Positions 13,027 to 26,691 are shown, numbered from the stretch's first letter. The stretch: 64,000 nt of DNA from Macrostomum lignano (GCA_002269645.1 NIVC01001228.1:62001-126000), one strand, 5' to 3'. Numbers and translations: made by a program. Notes: a model not told the origin generated them from the sequence alone.

Positions 13027-15200
13027 AGTGGTTCCCAAGGTTATGCATATATGCTAATGCCTAGTTCAAAACTTGGTCTAAGCAGTGTATCCTTATAGGT
13101 ATATTAGGTATTAGGCCTACTAAGTTTTTTTTCAAAGTTTTATAGACTAGGCCTAGATATTTTATAAGTATTTCAACAAGGTTTAGAACTATTATGGCTA
13201 TGATTTAGTAACTTATTTAATTAGTTAATTTAATAATAAGCCTATATTTTTGGTATTTATAGGCTATATATTCTTCAAAATTTCACTTATTCTATAATAA
13301 ATAAATAATAGTTTTTTATTAGTAGAAATAAAATATGATATGAAAGTATATACTTAGAATCTTTATGGTTGCTTTGCTTTTTATGTATGATAGAGGCCTA
13401 GTTATTATAGTATCCATACTTTTTAATTCCTATAACAGTTTCCTGCTATCTTTTTCTCACAAGCCACAAAGAATTTCTACCACACTGGCCTCCAAGGGCC
13501 CTGTTATAAGTGTGAGGCTCACATTTCTAAATCTCTCTATGCCGCAAATTATTCAAAGCAGTGTATTTTATAATCAAGCAAGCAACCTGGTTTAGTTGAC
13601 AAAATGAACCAGCAATGTATAGTTAGAGCGGGGCAAGGTTATTGGTCAAGCAGTTTTTTGTCCTGTTGTTAGGCAACCATATTACCCCCTTGAAGCATTG
13701 CTATAAGTCTACTATGTCACATATTTGCAGGCTGCTGGCTTAGCCTTCAAACCTTAGCTTTGTTATCTGCTCTTTAGTGTAGAGCTGGTCTGGCTGGATA
13801 GCACCAGTCAAGACAAGAGGAGGCCATTGTCTTTTTGCTTTGATGTAAGCATAATTCCAGTGATTACAATGCCTATGCTTTTTTGGTATTTAGCATTTTA
13901 GTATCCCAGTTTGCTTTTTGATGTCTAAATTATATAAATTAAAACTAGACACAAAATTAAAAACTAGAAAGTGAACTCAAAGTTTATTTAAATGTTTGTT
14001 TTGCATTACTTCTTTAATTTAAATAACTAAGTTATTGCTTACTTTGTTAGGCTGACCTGCTATTTTAATTTTGAAGTCTTATTTAATTAAAATTTTTGTC
14101 TCAATTCTTCAAAAAATCAAACATGAACGTGTGAATCAAAAATCAATACTGAAATAGAATTTTCATATTTCATAATTTTGATCAAAACTATATATATCAT
14201 TGTTGATAGATTTCATCTTTACCTAACTAAGGCCTCTTAATATGCATGTTAAGTGCAACCTTGTATATATGATTAGGAAGAAAGAGTAAATTAAATTAGA
14301 GATTTTTCAAAATTAAAGAAATTGTTAATTTTATAAATTTGATTCTGCTTTCGTTAGGAAAATTGGTTTTGTAAAACATTTAGTATGTTTTTATTTAAAT
14401 AAAATAAAATAAAAACTAATACTTTAATAATATTTTGCAATTATTAGACTAAATATGGGGTATAAAAACTGCATTGGAATTAAAACTCAATAGGCATCTA
14501 ACAGATGACCCATATTGGTGTTGGCATATGTGGCAACAATGGTTTGGGCATTTCTATCTTAGACTATAGTCCCAAGTCAGCAAATGATGTGCACCCAGAT
14601 CCCTTGCTCCCTAGAAAAGGCATGGATATAGGCTGCAAGAGTGGAAACAAGCTCTAGGATATGGTGACCAAAGGTGCCTAGATATTGTTATTAGATTGCA
14701 TTTTATTATTTAGGTATCATAAACTAAGATTTTAAATAGACAAATTTAGCAAAAAGCAAATTTGGTAACAAGTCTTTTATATAGGGCATAGCATTTAATT
14801 GTTAGCTGTTATTTAAGTTTAACTTCTAGAATTTTATTTTGTTTTCAATGCATAGTATTTATTTTTTGTTGCCAAATAAGTGCAGTGATAAATGATTTTA
14901 TATCAAAGCTGATGACCTTCGATAAAAAAGTATTTGATCAAGATAGGCCTTTAATAGATATTATGCATCTTAAAACATTAATAAACATTTCTTGAATAGC
15001 ATATTTAGAATGCAAAGATAAATAATGGATAAAAGAAACTCAATTAAAAGAGAAATTAATGTTTGCATTGATTAGAATCATTATATTAAAAGAATTAATA
15101 AGATTATATACAATTGTTTTTCCTTCATGGTCACCAAATTCTAGACTGTTGCTAAATATGTTTTTGCCAAGTTTGTCTACGTTAAGTCTAATTAATAAAG

Positions 15201-15506
15201 GTTATTAATTTGCAAAAACTACTTTAAATTTAAAATTACCTTTAATTTTGCTTTAATAATTATTATTAACTTTGCTTTAATTTTGCTTTAATGCTTTAAT
15301 TTACCTTAAATATTAATTTTATTAATTATTAATAATTTAATAATTGAATTTACATTTTAGTTTTAAAACTAAACTAAATTTTAATTTATATATTTTTAAT
15401 TAATAAGTATTAAAGACTAGTAAAGTTCCTACGTCTTGCCAAGGCAATATACATAGGCCTTATAAAAGTAATTTTAAATTTAAAGTAGTTTTTGCAAATT
15501 AATAAC
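15201..15506. repeat. 39-bp perfect inverted repeat pair with AT-rich spacer (MITE-like)
   Basis: 15201-15239 GTTATTAATTTGCAAAAACTACTTTAAATTTAAAATTAC is the exact reverse complement of 15468-15506. Confidence 0.8.
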
Positions 15507-16884
15507 TTTTTAATATAATTACAAGATAAAAAGCTAATATAAGCTAAAAAAACAAAAAATGAGAAAAGCTGTTTTTTAATAGATATCTACCCTTCCTTCA
15601 TCAGGATAAGTAGAAATTAAATTATCTTTTTTTTCATAAACATGGCTTTTTAAAGAAACTATGGCACTTACAAAGAATATGTGCATTTTGTATTTTTAAA
15701 ACTAAACAAAAGTAATAAGTTCTAGCATAAACAAGACTATCATTACAATATGCTAAGCCTTATTTTTATTATGTTGCAATTAATGTTTTTTAAGAACAAA
15801 AATAACATTTTTGCTTTTAAAAGGTTTTCATTGTAGTCTTGAAACAAAAAAATTAAAATTGAAATGTTTGCTATCCATTTTTAATTTTAACTTTAAGACA
15901 GGCAGCATTAGGGATAAGAACTTTTTGGTTTTGATAACAATACAGTTATTAAAGTATTAGAAAGACCATGTTTCTTTATTGGCCATGTTCAAAGCACTGG
16001 AAAAGTCAATATAGCAATTGCAAAAAATATTTATTAATAAAGTTCACAAAGAATCTGTCTGCATTTAGATTCTTATGTATGATTAGCTTGTAGAGTTACC
16101 TTAACCATGCAGCCAAGTTTTACAATTACTTAAAATTAAAGCCAAAGAATATTAAAAATTCTAAATTTTGTGGCTTATCATTGGCTTCCATCTTCTACAA
16201 CTTATGTCAGTTAGATTGGCAAAGTTGTCTAGCAGGTGTGAAATATGTTTAGATCAATTAAATCATATGAATTGGTCATGAAAATGACTAAAGAGTAAAA
16301 AACGAATTTGTAATAATGATTTTGATAATGACTAAGCCCTATTATATTTTAACTATATAATTTATGTTATAGCAAGTCTCCCAATGAAGACAAAAATGTA
16401 GAAATTATTAATTTAAACTATAGCTATAGTTTCAACATTATATTCAGGTTTAGTTATATAAAGATTAGAAGTTTTAATAGCTATTGCTAAATATAAAAGT
16501 GGGACAGATTTAAGGGGGCCTTGTGTTGTGGCTGGCAATGATAGCGACCCTTTTGATGATGGTGCCCCTGCCAACTCTTACATAGAGTCAGCAGACTTCT
16601 GTATGTCTGAGAGGCTTAGGAAAATAAAGGGTAGGGAAGGGGCAAATGTTGGCATTTTATTTGGTTTTGAATTTTTTAAATGCCATCTGGCATCCTGGTT
16701 TTCAATTTTTCATCGTGAGTTTTCACCTAGACTATATGATGTTACATCAGATTTTTGTATTCTTTTGCTTTCATTGCTACTGATTTCTAACCAAATCAGT
16801 AGTATAATGTGAGAGCTACTGTATTTTATTTATCAAATGTGGGTGGGTTTGCTCGGTGACGCCCACACGGAGACACGCAGGGAC

Positions 16885-16922
16885 TATATATAAATCTAGC
16901 TCACTGGCCAACTGGCTCACTG
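16885..16922 (+). promoter_or_regulatory. Candidate TATA box + initiator for the + strand gene cluster
   Basis: TATATATAAA at 16885-16894 and Inr-like TCACTG at 16917-16922, ~30 nt apart and ~75 nt upstream of the PCYT1 ATG. Motif match only. Confidence 0.35.
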
Positions 16923-16994
16923 GCTATTCTCCCGCGAAAAATTCATTTCATATCTTGTCAAATTTCTCTGCTACTAAAAAAAAGCCAAGAAAAT

Positions 16995-19624
16995 ATGCCA
17001 AAACGAAAGCACGCGTCGCCACTAGTAGAACAGCGTCAACTAAGCGGCAACGACAAAAACAGCAACGCTAATAATAGAGACAGCGAAGGATCTGTGCGAT
17101 CTGTTGAATCGGCAAAATTGCCAACCAATGTGACGCCTGCCGGCACGGAGTCATCGAATCGACTTCAGCCTGCAACCCTGGCTTGCAATCATGTTCGTCC
17201 GGCTCCGTTCAGCGACGATCCAGACGCTCAGGCAATCCTGCAAGCCACTGACTACAGCGTGAAAGTGTCCCTAGAAGACGCTAAAGCTGGCCGCTCTGTC
17301 CGGCCAGTGCGAGTTTACGCTGACGGAATCTACGACATGTTTCATTCTGGTCACGCCCGGCAACTCATGCAAGCTAAGATGGCCTTCCCCAATGCCTATC
17401 TTATTGTTGGTGTGTGCAACGATGTGGATACCCATAGGTGAGGACTTAAGAGATGTCTAAATAGACAGTGACTAATGTCTCAAGCATAACTGGATAGATT
17501 TTTCAACTTTAATTGGTACAAAACAAGCTGAAAATTTGCAGTTTAGCAGTTTTGCTTTTATGCTACTAGTAGTAGTTTTAGTTCAAGAAAATATCAGTAG
17601 ACAGAAAGTAGAATAAAGGCAGGAGGCTGTGTGCAACCTGTCGCACTTTAAGCGACATAGGCACACAACAGGCGAGAGGCATTACTGCCCATTCCGGCAA
17701 CTCCCCTGAGCAGGCACACAAGCGCGCGGATACGTACGCAGTCATACGCACAGGCACACACTCACACAGGAGTGTACAGCGGCCCTAACCCTAAGTTGGC
17801 CCTCAATGACGTTAATTGCACAAGTAGAGCCAAGCCGAGATTCCAATTTAGCCCCCCAAATTAATGTGACTGCACAGGGAATCGAGCCTGGACCGCTTGG
17901 CACATCAGAGCGCCACGGTCGACCACTGGGCTACGCCCCCCCCCCTCCTGTAGATACACAGTAGAATAAATTACAATATGGCTAGGATTGCACAAGAGGT
18001 GTCACACCCATAGTTAAGGCGAAGTTTTTATGTGGTATAAATAATTTTTGTACAAATTTAATGTTTATCCCCTCCTATTGACGCAGAATGAAAGGCAACA
18101 CTGTTATGCGCGAATCTGAACGCTACGAAGCTGTCCGACATTGTCGCTACGTCGACGAAGTCCTACGCGACGCGCCCTGGTCATACGATTATGATTTCTT
18201 GTCGAAGCATAAAATCGATTTTGTCGCCCATGACGACCTACCGTACGGAGCTGGCAACACCGAGGATGTGTACAAATGGATTAAAGATCGGGGCATGTTT
18301 CTTGCCACAGAGCGAACCGAAGGCATCTCTACTACTGACGTCATTGCTCGGATCATTCTGGACTATGACGTCTATTTGCGTAGGAATTTGAAGCGCGGCT
18401 TGTCTAGGAAAGAGCTGGGCATATCCTACATGAAGGAGAAGGAGCTGCAGGTTAAGGTGAGTAACTTGGGGTTGTTCTGAATTGTTGCTGTTTTATTTTT
18501 AATGAGTATTGGATTCATGATAATTAGCGATAGTCTATTAGATAATCAGCGATAGTCTAATTAGATAATTAGCGATAGTCTATTAGATAATCAGCGATAG
18601 TCTAATTAGATAATTAGCGATAGTCTATTAGATAATCAGCGATAGTCTAATTAGATAATTAGCGATAGTCTATTAGATAATCAGCGATAGTCTAATTAGA
18701 TAATTAGCGATAGTCTAATTAGATAATTAGCGATAGTCTATTAGATAATCAGCGATTAGTCTATTAGATAATCAGTGATTAGTCTATTAGATAATTAGCG
18801 ATAGTCTAATTGGATAATTAGCGATAGTGTATTATGAATTAGGTATAGCTTGGCTCATTAGATAATTAAATATCGTTATGCAATTTAGCGATACTTATTA
18901 TCAATGCTCGGTTGTTAAAAGCCAGGCCGCTAAGCCTCTTTGACTGATATGGCAAATCTATTTTGAGGTGTTGTTTTCTCTTAGTTCGCTAAGCCTTGGC
19001 TAATATATGGTAGCAAATCGATATTTTTCAAGATTTTTTTCTACAAGACGATATTTTCTACTTCTAGTTTATTAATTTTTATTTAATCCTTTAATACAGA
19101 TAATGACTATGCCGGTTTTCTGGTAAGAAGATTTCTCTCTACTTCCTCCGCTCTCTCTCTCCTAGGAGACATTCAGCACAATGCGCGACAGGATCGGGCA
19201 GACCAGACGCGAACTAATTGGCAAATGGGAGCAGCAATCGAACAGATTTGTGTCCGGATTTGTTTCCGTATTTGGTCACGACGGCCGGATTAGTCATTGG
19301 GTTCGGGATAAACGGCTGGCCTTTGCCAGGGCTATCAGTCCGGAGTTCGTACAGCTTCAGCAGGGTCCGCAGCAGCAGCAGCCTTCGCTATCTTCATCCT
19401 CAGCTTCGTCTCCGGTTGCTAAGCGAGGCAGACCGTTGCTACCCAGCGGAGCGTCGGTCGGTGCAGCTTTCTCAGACGAGGACGACGAAGAGGAGACGGA
19501 GGATTGGGACACTTTGTTCCCGAAGCTGCGGGCGGCTGCCGCGGTGCAGCACCGGCACCAGCAGACTGGCGGGGGAGGCAGCGGCAGCAGCAGCTCCGGT
19601 AGCAGCGGATCCAATAATGCTTAA
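16995..19624 (+). CDS. PCYT1: Choline-phosphate cytidylyltransferase (CCT)
   Basis: Exons 16995-17437, 18087-18456, 19166-19624 with in-frame GT-AG joins. Motifs [23 protein letters not shown] (HxGH), [39 protein letters not shown]. Confidence 0.96.
17607..17970 (-). mobile_element. tRNA-derived SINE in PCYT1 intron 1 with 11-bp target-site duplication
   Basis: Minus-strand head GGGGCGTAGCCCAGTGG (A box)...CAGGCTCGATTCCC (B box) at ~17875-17938. Direct repeat AGTAGAATAAA at 17607-17617 and 17960-17970. Confidence 0.75.
18518..18830. repeat. 22/23-bp minisatellite ATTAGATAATTAGCGATAGTCT(A) in PCYT1 intron 2
   Basis: Direct reading. Confidence 0.95.
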
Positions 19625-19875
19625 AGATTCTCTGCGTGCATAATTTACCTTTGATGGGGACGTTTGTGTGTGTGTGTGTGGTTTTCATTTCTATCCATCT
19701 TGACATCACCGCGTGTGACTCTTTGTTCGCTCAGACTTAAACTTTAATCTTTAGGGATCGGGGAGTTCTTATCGTAAATTTAACATTAACAATACCTTGG
19801 TACTTTAGAATTAAATATCTAACGTTTATCATTTTTAATTTCCTAAATTTTAAGCTTCCCGTAGAATTTTAGTTT

Positions 19876-20420
19876 TGGGATTCGGTATCTTAGTTGTTGG
19901 GATTCGGTATCTTAGTTGTTGGGATTCGAGATCTTAGTTGTTGGGATTCGGGATCTTAGTTGTTGGGATTCGGGATCTAAGTTTTTGGGATTCGAGATCT
20001 TAGTTGTTGGGATTCGAGATCTAAGTTGTTGGGATTCGAGATCTTAGTTGTTGGGATTCGGGATCTAAGTTTTTGGGATTCGGAATCTTAGTTGTTGGGA
20101 TTCGGGATCTTAGTTGTTGGGATTCGAGATCTTAGTTGTTGGGATTCGGTATCTTAGTTGTTGGGATTCGAGATCTTAGTTGTTGGGATTCGGGATCTTA
20201 GTTGTTGGGATTCGGGATCTTAGTTGTTGGGATTCGGGATCTTAGTTGTTGGGATTCGGGATCTTAGTTGTTGGGATTCGGGATCTTAGTTGTTGGGATT
20301 CGGGATCTAAGTTTTTGGGATTCGGAATCTTAGTTGTTGGGATTCGGGATCTTAGTTGTTGGGATTCGGGATCTTAGTTGTTGGGATTCGGGATCTTAGT
20401 TGTTGGGATTCGGGATCTTA
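19876..20420. repeat. 22-bp minisatellite GGGATTCGGGATCTTAGTTGTT downstream of PCYT1
   Basis: Direct reading. Confidence 0.95.
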
Positions 20421-21239
20421 ATTTTCAGATTTCAAAAATGTTAGTTAAAAACATGCTTCCTTAGTTGAAGGTTTATAGAGGATATATTTTATAATGTAAT
20501 AATATCCTCACCTGTTGCACCCGCGGTACAAACGTGTCGCACAATCGAGTCTGTATGATTTATGGTAATAGAATTGGTGAAGGGCACAGTGTGGTATTAA
20601 AATTCTACAACACTTTAGACTAGAGGTTCTGCTTATACATCATATTGTTTGGAATTGTTTCTAAACACTTAAGTTTGTCTGTCATAGGTAATATCTGACT
20701 TAGTTAGCTGCTGTCATCAATTGTAATTCTTTTTGAGCATAGACAGGTCTCTTCATTAGTCATTTTATTAAGTTTATGCTACTATAAGTAGATGATAGGT
20801 CAGTCAATAAGTCGCAGTATTTAATACGTGTGCGCAAATGTCGGTACATGTTGGTGACATTTGGCAGGAAAAATGTGATTTAATTATTTGAAATAAGTAA
20901 AAAAGCTTATTTGTCATTTTTATCAACTCTGTATCGTTTGGACTTCCGTCAATTTTAAATTTCCCTCGCAAAGTTTTTGTTTCATTTTTTTAGTAGCAAT
21001 CCGACTTGTCGATAATTGCAGTGTGCCGCAATATGTTGAAAATTCAGTGATCTAGTGAAAATAGTTACTGAAATTATTTACCTATACAGTAATAGCAACT
21101 CCTGTTGTATTAAGTAAGCGATCGTTTTTGCACTATCATTTCATTAGTCATTTTTCTGTACTTTTGCTTTTTTGTTGGAAAATTATTGTTTACATTAAAG
21201 TTGATTTTTGATTATATAGACTTCCTGGAACTTCTTCAT

Positions 21240-21592
<353 letters not shown>

Positions 21593-22093
21593 AGTCATTG
21601 TCTATCTTAGTGTCAGTCTTTCTGTCTTGTGTTGTTTTGCGTTCGTTCCAAAATTTAGCGGCTTCTTGCTTTTGCTGAAACTTTGCCATATTATTTATTA
21701 AAAAAAGTTTAATAAATGTGAGATTTGAAGGTCAAATTTAGGTGACAGCTATTTCACTCGGATGCAAAGTGTCCGTAGAATTCATTGTAGTGTCTCTGGC
21801 ATATTGACACCATTCAATTTTGAATTTATGCATGTGCTTGCGCGCTTTTCGTTTTATTAAGATGACTGACTGTCTGGTAATTTTGTTGTCACGAGGGCGA
21901 TGATATAATTTGAGTTTTAAAATAAATTTAAAGTCTTTGCTTTTTGTCAATGCTTTTAATTTTGTTTCTTTTTGGCTTGTTTGGTGAGAAATTATCAGTT
22001 ATATGCATCAATCTGGAATCTGAAGTGGGACATTTTCTAGGGGAGACTTGTTATTATTTAACATAGGAGTGTAGAGGGAGATTATTGAAATTG

Positions 22094-23240
22094 TCAGCAG
22101 GGTAAGAGTGTCAGGTAGGTTGGGAGTGTCAGGTAGATTGAGAGTGTCAGGTAGGTTGGGAGTGTCAGGTAGGTTAAGAGTGTCAGGTAGGTTGGGAGTG
22201 TCAGGTAGATTGAGAGTGTCAGGTAGGTTGGGAGTGTCAGGTAGGTTAAGAGTGTCAGGTAGGTTGGGAGTGTCAGGTAGGTTGGGAGTGTCAGGTAGGT
22301 TAAGAGTGTCAGGTAGGTTGGGAGTGTCAGGTAGGTTGAGAGTGTCAGGTAGGTTGGGAGTGTCAGGTAGGTTGAGAGTGTCAGGTAGGTTGAGAGTGTC
22401 AGGTAGGTTGGGAGTGTCAGGTAGGTTGAGAGTGTCAGGTAGGTTGAGAGTGTCAAGTAGGTTGAGAGTGTCAGGTAGGTTGGGAGTGTCAGGTAGGTTA
22501 AGAGTGTCAGGTAGGTTGGGAGTGTCAGGTAGGTTGAGAGTGTCAGGTAGGTTGGGAGTGTCAGGTAGGTTAAGAGTGTCAGGTAGGTTGGGAGTGTCAG
22601 GTAGGTTGAGAGTGTCAGGTAGGTTGGGAGTGTCAGGTAGGTTAAGAGTGTCAGGTAGGTTAAGAGTGTCAGGTAGGTTGGGAGTGTCAGGTAGGTTAAG
22701 AGTGTCAGGTAGGTTGGGAGTGTCAGGTAGGTTAAGAGTGTCAGGTAGGTTGACAGTGTCAGGTTAAGAGTGTCAGGTAGGTTGGGAGTGTCAGGTAGGT
22801 TAAGAGTGTCAGGTAGGTTAAGAGTGTCAGGTAGGTTAAGAGTGTCAGGTAGGTTGGGAGTGTCAGGTAGGTTGAGTGTCAGGTAGGTTAAGAGTGTCAG
22901 GTAGGTTAAGAGTGTCAGGTAGGTTAAGAGTGTCAGGTAGGTTAAGAGTGTCAGGTAGGTTGACAGTGTCAGGTAGATTGACAGTGTCAGGTAGGTTGAC
23001 AGTGTCAGATAGGTTGACAGTGTCAGGTAGGTTGACAGTGTCAGGTAGGTTGAGTGTCAGGTAGGTTGAGTGTCAGGTAGGTTGAGTGTCAGGTAGGTTG
23101 AGTGTCAGGTAGGTTGAGTGTCAGGTAGGTTGAGTGTCAGGTAGGTTAAGAGTGTCAGGTAGGTTGAGTGTCAGGTAGGTTAAGAGTGTCAGGTAGGTTG
23201 ACAGTGTCAGGTTGAGAGTGTCAGGTAGGTTGAAGGTTGA
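22094..23240. repeat. 18-bp minisatellite GTCAGGTAGGTT(GGG/AAG/GAG)AGT upstream of PITHD1
   Basis: Direct reading, about 60 copies, with 16-bp variants at the 3' end. Confidence 0.97.
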
Positions 23241-23353
23241 CAGTATCGGGTAGGGTGTGTTAAGACGATCTGTTCTAATCGCAGTTTTATAATCTTTCAG
23301 AGAAAGCAGAAGGTAATTATTGTTTTCTAAACGGTGAATTGCAAGAATCAATC

Positions 23354-25264
23354 ATGTCCTGCGGCGGAGACGGCGGCGGCGGCTGTTGCGATGGTCACTC
23401 TCATGTTGACGCCAGCACCGATCAATCGTCAAGATATTGTCTGCATCAGATGATTGACACAGAAAATTTACAATGCCTGAACGAATCAACGCCCGGATCT
23501 TGTAAACTGGTGTTCAGACCTTGGTCAGAGCGGTTGAGTTCGGATAGTTTTGTTGAATCCGACTGCGACGAAGAATTATTGTTTAATGTGCCCTTCACGG
23601 GGGTTGTACGCGCCAAAGGTATTGTGCTGATTGGCGGCGAAGCCGAATCGAGGCCTACTAAAATTCGTCTGTTTCGTAATCGCGAATTTATGACATTCGA
23701 CCAGGCTGGAGCCGAGGCTGACCAAGAGATTGAACTGTGTCCCGATCCTAATGGACTTATCGAGTATAGCTTGAAGCCCACTAAGTTTGGTTCGGTTAGT
23801 ACTGCGTTTATTTTTAGAGGCATGGCTAGATTTTGGTAGCCTGAGTATGTTAGGGTAGATTTTAGTGGTAGTCTGATTAGGTTAGGGTAGGTTTCGGTAT
23901 AGTCTGATTAGGCAGGGTTGATTTTAGTGGTAGTCTGAGTAGGTTAGGGTAGATTTTAGTGGTAGTCTGATTAGGTTAGGGTAGGTTCGGTATAGTCTGA
24001 TTAGGCAGGGTTGATTTTAGTGGTAGTCTGAGTAGGTTAGGGTAGATTTTGGTGGTACCTTAAGTAGGTTAGGGTAGATTTTGATGGTAGCCTGAGTAGG
24101 TTAGGGTAGATTTTGGTGGTACCTTAAGTAGGTTAGGGTAGATTTTTATGGTAGCCTGAGTAGGTTAGGGTAGATTTTGGTGGTACCTTAAGTAGGTTAG
24201 GGTAGATTTTGATGGTAGCCTGAGTAGGTTAGGGTAGATTTTGGTGGTACCTTAAGTAGGTTAGGGTAGATTTTGATGGTAGCCTGAGTAGGTTAGGGTA
24301 GATTTTGGTGGTACCTTAAGTAGGATAGGGTAGATTTTGGTGGTAGCCTGAGTAGGTTAGGGTAGATTTTGGTGGTACCTTAAGTAGGTTAGGGTAGATT
24401 TTGGTGGTACCTTAAGTAGGTTAGGATAGATTTTGATGGTAGCCTGAGTAGGTTAGGGTAGATTTTGGTGGTACCTTAAGTAGGTTAGGATAGATTTTGA
24501 TGGTAGCCTGAGTAGGTTAGGGTAGATTTTGGTGGTACCTTAGTTAAGTAGGATAGGGTAGATTTTGGTGGTAGCCTGAGTAGGTTAGGGTAGATTTTGG
24601 TGGTACCTTTAGTAGGATAGGGTAGATTTTGGTGGTAGCCTGAGTAGGATAGGGTATATTTTGGTGGTAGTCTGAGTAGGTTAGGGTAGATTTTGGTGGT
24701 ACCTTAAGTAGGTTAGGGTAGATTTTGATGGTAGCCTGAGTAGGTTAGGGTAGATTTTGGTGGTAGCCTGAGTAGGATAGGGTAGATTTGGGTGGTAGCC
24801 TGAGTAGGTTAGGGTAGATTTTGGTGGTAGCCTGAGTAGGATAGGGTAGATTTGGGTGGTAGCCTGAGTAGGATAGGGTAGATTTGGGTGGTAGCCTGAG
24901 TAGGTTAGGGTAGATTTTGGTGGTAGCCTGAGTAGGATAGGGTAGATTTTGGAAGTAATTTATGTAGATGGAGCATTTTCACGGACCTACGTAAAATGTT
25001 ATTATTACAGACATTATAATACAGTGTTTATCTTCTAATCCCACCTGTATATTGCAGGTCAGCCATCTGTCAATTCACATATCAAGCAACGCAGGCGGCG
25101 AGACAAGTCGCGTACACTATATTGGTTTACGAGGCGACTTTATTGAGCCGTTCAGGTCTAAGGTGGTGTTAGCTAATTACGAGATCCGGCCTCAGGCATC
25201 TGATCATCAGGCTGGTTCTGATTCTATCGAGTCTGGCTTCAATCAGACTGCCGCTTCTAAATAA
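23354..25264 (+). CDS. PITHD1: PITH domain-containing protein 1
   Basis: Exons 23354-23794 and 25058-25264. Motifs IDTENLQCLNES, VESDCDEELLFNVPFTG, HLSIHISSN...VHYIGLRGDF...NYEIRP. ATG 9 nt after TTGCAAG. Confidence 0.93.
23835..24952. repeat. 32-bp minisatellite GTAGGTTAGGGTAGATTTTGGTGGTAGCCTGA in PITHD1 intron
   Basis: Direct reading, with two alternating variants (...TAGCCTGA / ...TACCTTAA). Confidence 0.95.
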
Positions 25265-25878
25265 TTTGCTCAATAAATCAGTTGTACTAAGCCAGGCATA
25301 AAAAAAGCGCTGAGTCATGTGGGTTAGTTGTACTGAATGCGTTCGGTTCAAACCGAGCAATGCCATGTGTTTTTTGTTCACCTATAACCCTATTCTATGA
25401 CCATTGAACCCTTGGTGACTTTTTTGGTATTCATATGCACTGTGTTCAGTTTCTCTCCTGTCTATTTGTTTGTTCAAGCCCGGTAGGTTGATTCTCAACC
25501 TCTTGTGATTTCTTAATATAAAATTTCTTAATTTCTTATCTTTCTACTCGGGCTGGGGGTGAAGTTCGAGGCAAGAGGGCTCAAAGGTCAGTGAAGAATT
25601 TAGACTGTGTTAAGAGTTCCGTACGAGTTCACTATAACTCAAAGTTTTGTAGCTGCACTGTACGCAAGCAAATAAATTATCTACTCAAGTTGAATAAATT
25701 AGCTTTCAAGCAGTAAATTCTCGCATTTTACTAATGATTTTGCCACACGTGCTCTCTTATTTTTCATTTTTATGCGTAAAATGTTTGTATTTCTACTTGC
25801 AGTAGGCTGATTAGTACTACAATTTTGACTGCGTGCTAATAAATTTGTACAATAATGTTTCCCTTTTTCTGAACAACT

Positions 25879-26691
25879 ATGGCGACTTCATGGCATCCGC
25901 AATCTTGTACTCGTTTTAACAATTTCTGGTCAAACTATTGTACCGTTTGGCGTAACAGCCGGCCCGCTACGCTGCTGAGAGACACCTCAAATGCAAGCGC
26001 TACTAATAGTAGGCTGAATGCTACAGATTCTCATATTAGTCAACAACAAGCGGATTTAAGACGCAGTTTAATAGACGCTGAAAAACGCTATAACGAGCAT
26101 CAAATATCAATTAATCGTCTAACAGAACGAATTGCCGCTCTATACGAGGCCCGTTTAAGATTGTTAACAGTTTGCTCTGAAAGGAAAGCTGGTTTAGACT
26201 CTCCGGTGTTAGTTGAGTATGCTCGTTTACTTGCCGAGCGGCGTAGTGCTGATCAGATTGGTTCTGGCAATGTAGATGGCCTTGATGTTTATGATCAAAT
26301 TGATGTCGAAGAAAAAGAAGAGCCAGCTGTTGAAGAAGAAGAAGAAAATTTGTTGCACTTAGACAAAGGCTACGCAGAGTTTCTCAGACAGTCAGAAGCT
26401 CACAGACATCGACGAGATGCTGCAATTGGCGGAGCTCGCCAACCGAATGGCAACGATGACGGACCGACGGAGACTGTTGAATCGAACCCCGGGTTGCTAG
26501 CCAATAGTTTGCCGCCAACAGTGCAGCCAGGCTTAGAGCGGACTATTGATATGCGCCGGCTGTACGGCCGTCACGCTGCCATTATTCAAGGCATGGAGAC
26601 TGCTATGCAGATGCGATTCGATCAAGCCTGCGATTCCGGAGCTAATAGGCCAGTTTATTGGCCTAGCATGCCTTTGAGACCGCAGTTTTAG
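25879..26691 (+). CDS. GEMIN8: Gem-associated protein 8 (SMN complex), single exon
   Basis: C-terminus MRRLYGRHAAIIQGMETAMQMRFDQACD...PVYWPSMPLR matches the Gemin8 signature (RLYG..A..IQ.ME.A.Q..FD..CD...P.YWP..PL). An acidic stretch is followed by EFLRQSEAHR. Confidence 0.85.
   Translation: MATSWHPQSCTRFNNFWSNYCTVWRNSRPATLLRDTSNASATNSRLNATDSHISQQQADLRRSLIDAEKRYNEHQISINRLTERIAALYEARLRLLTVCSERKAGLDSPVLVEYARLLAERRSADQIGSGNVDGLDVYDQIDVEEKEEPAVEEEEENLLHLDKGYAEFLRQSEAHRHRRDAAIGGARQPNGNDDGPTETVESNPGLLANSLPPTVQPGLERTIDMRRLYGRHAAIIQGMETAMQMRFDQACDSGANRPVYWPSMPLRPQF

Noticed and set aside
9400-16880. Short ORFs and a possible large autonomous transposon in the AT-rich region
   Set aside because: No transposase, RT or Rep/helicase motifs were recognised. 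The ORFs are short and compositionally non-coding.
17875-17938. Functional tRNA gene
   Set aside because: No closing acceptor stem or Pol III terminator was seen. It continues into a longer TSD-flanked body, so it is a SINE head.
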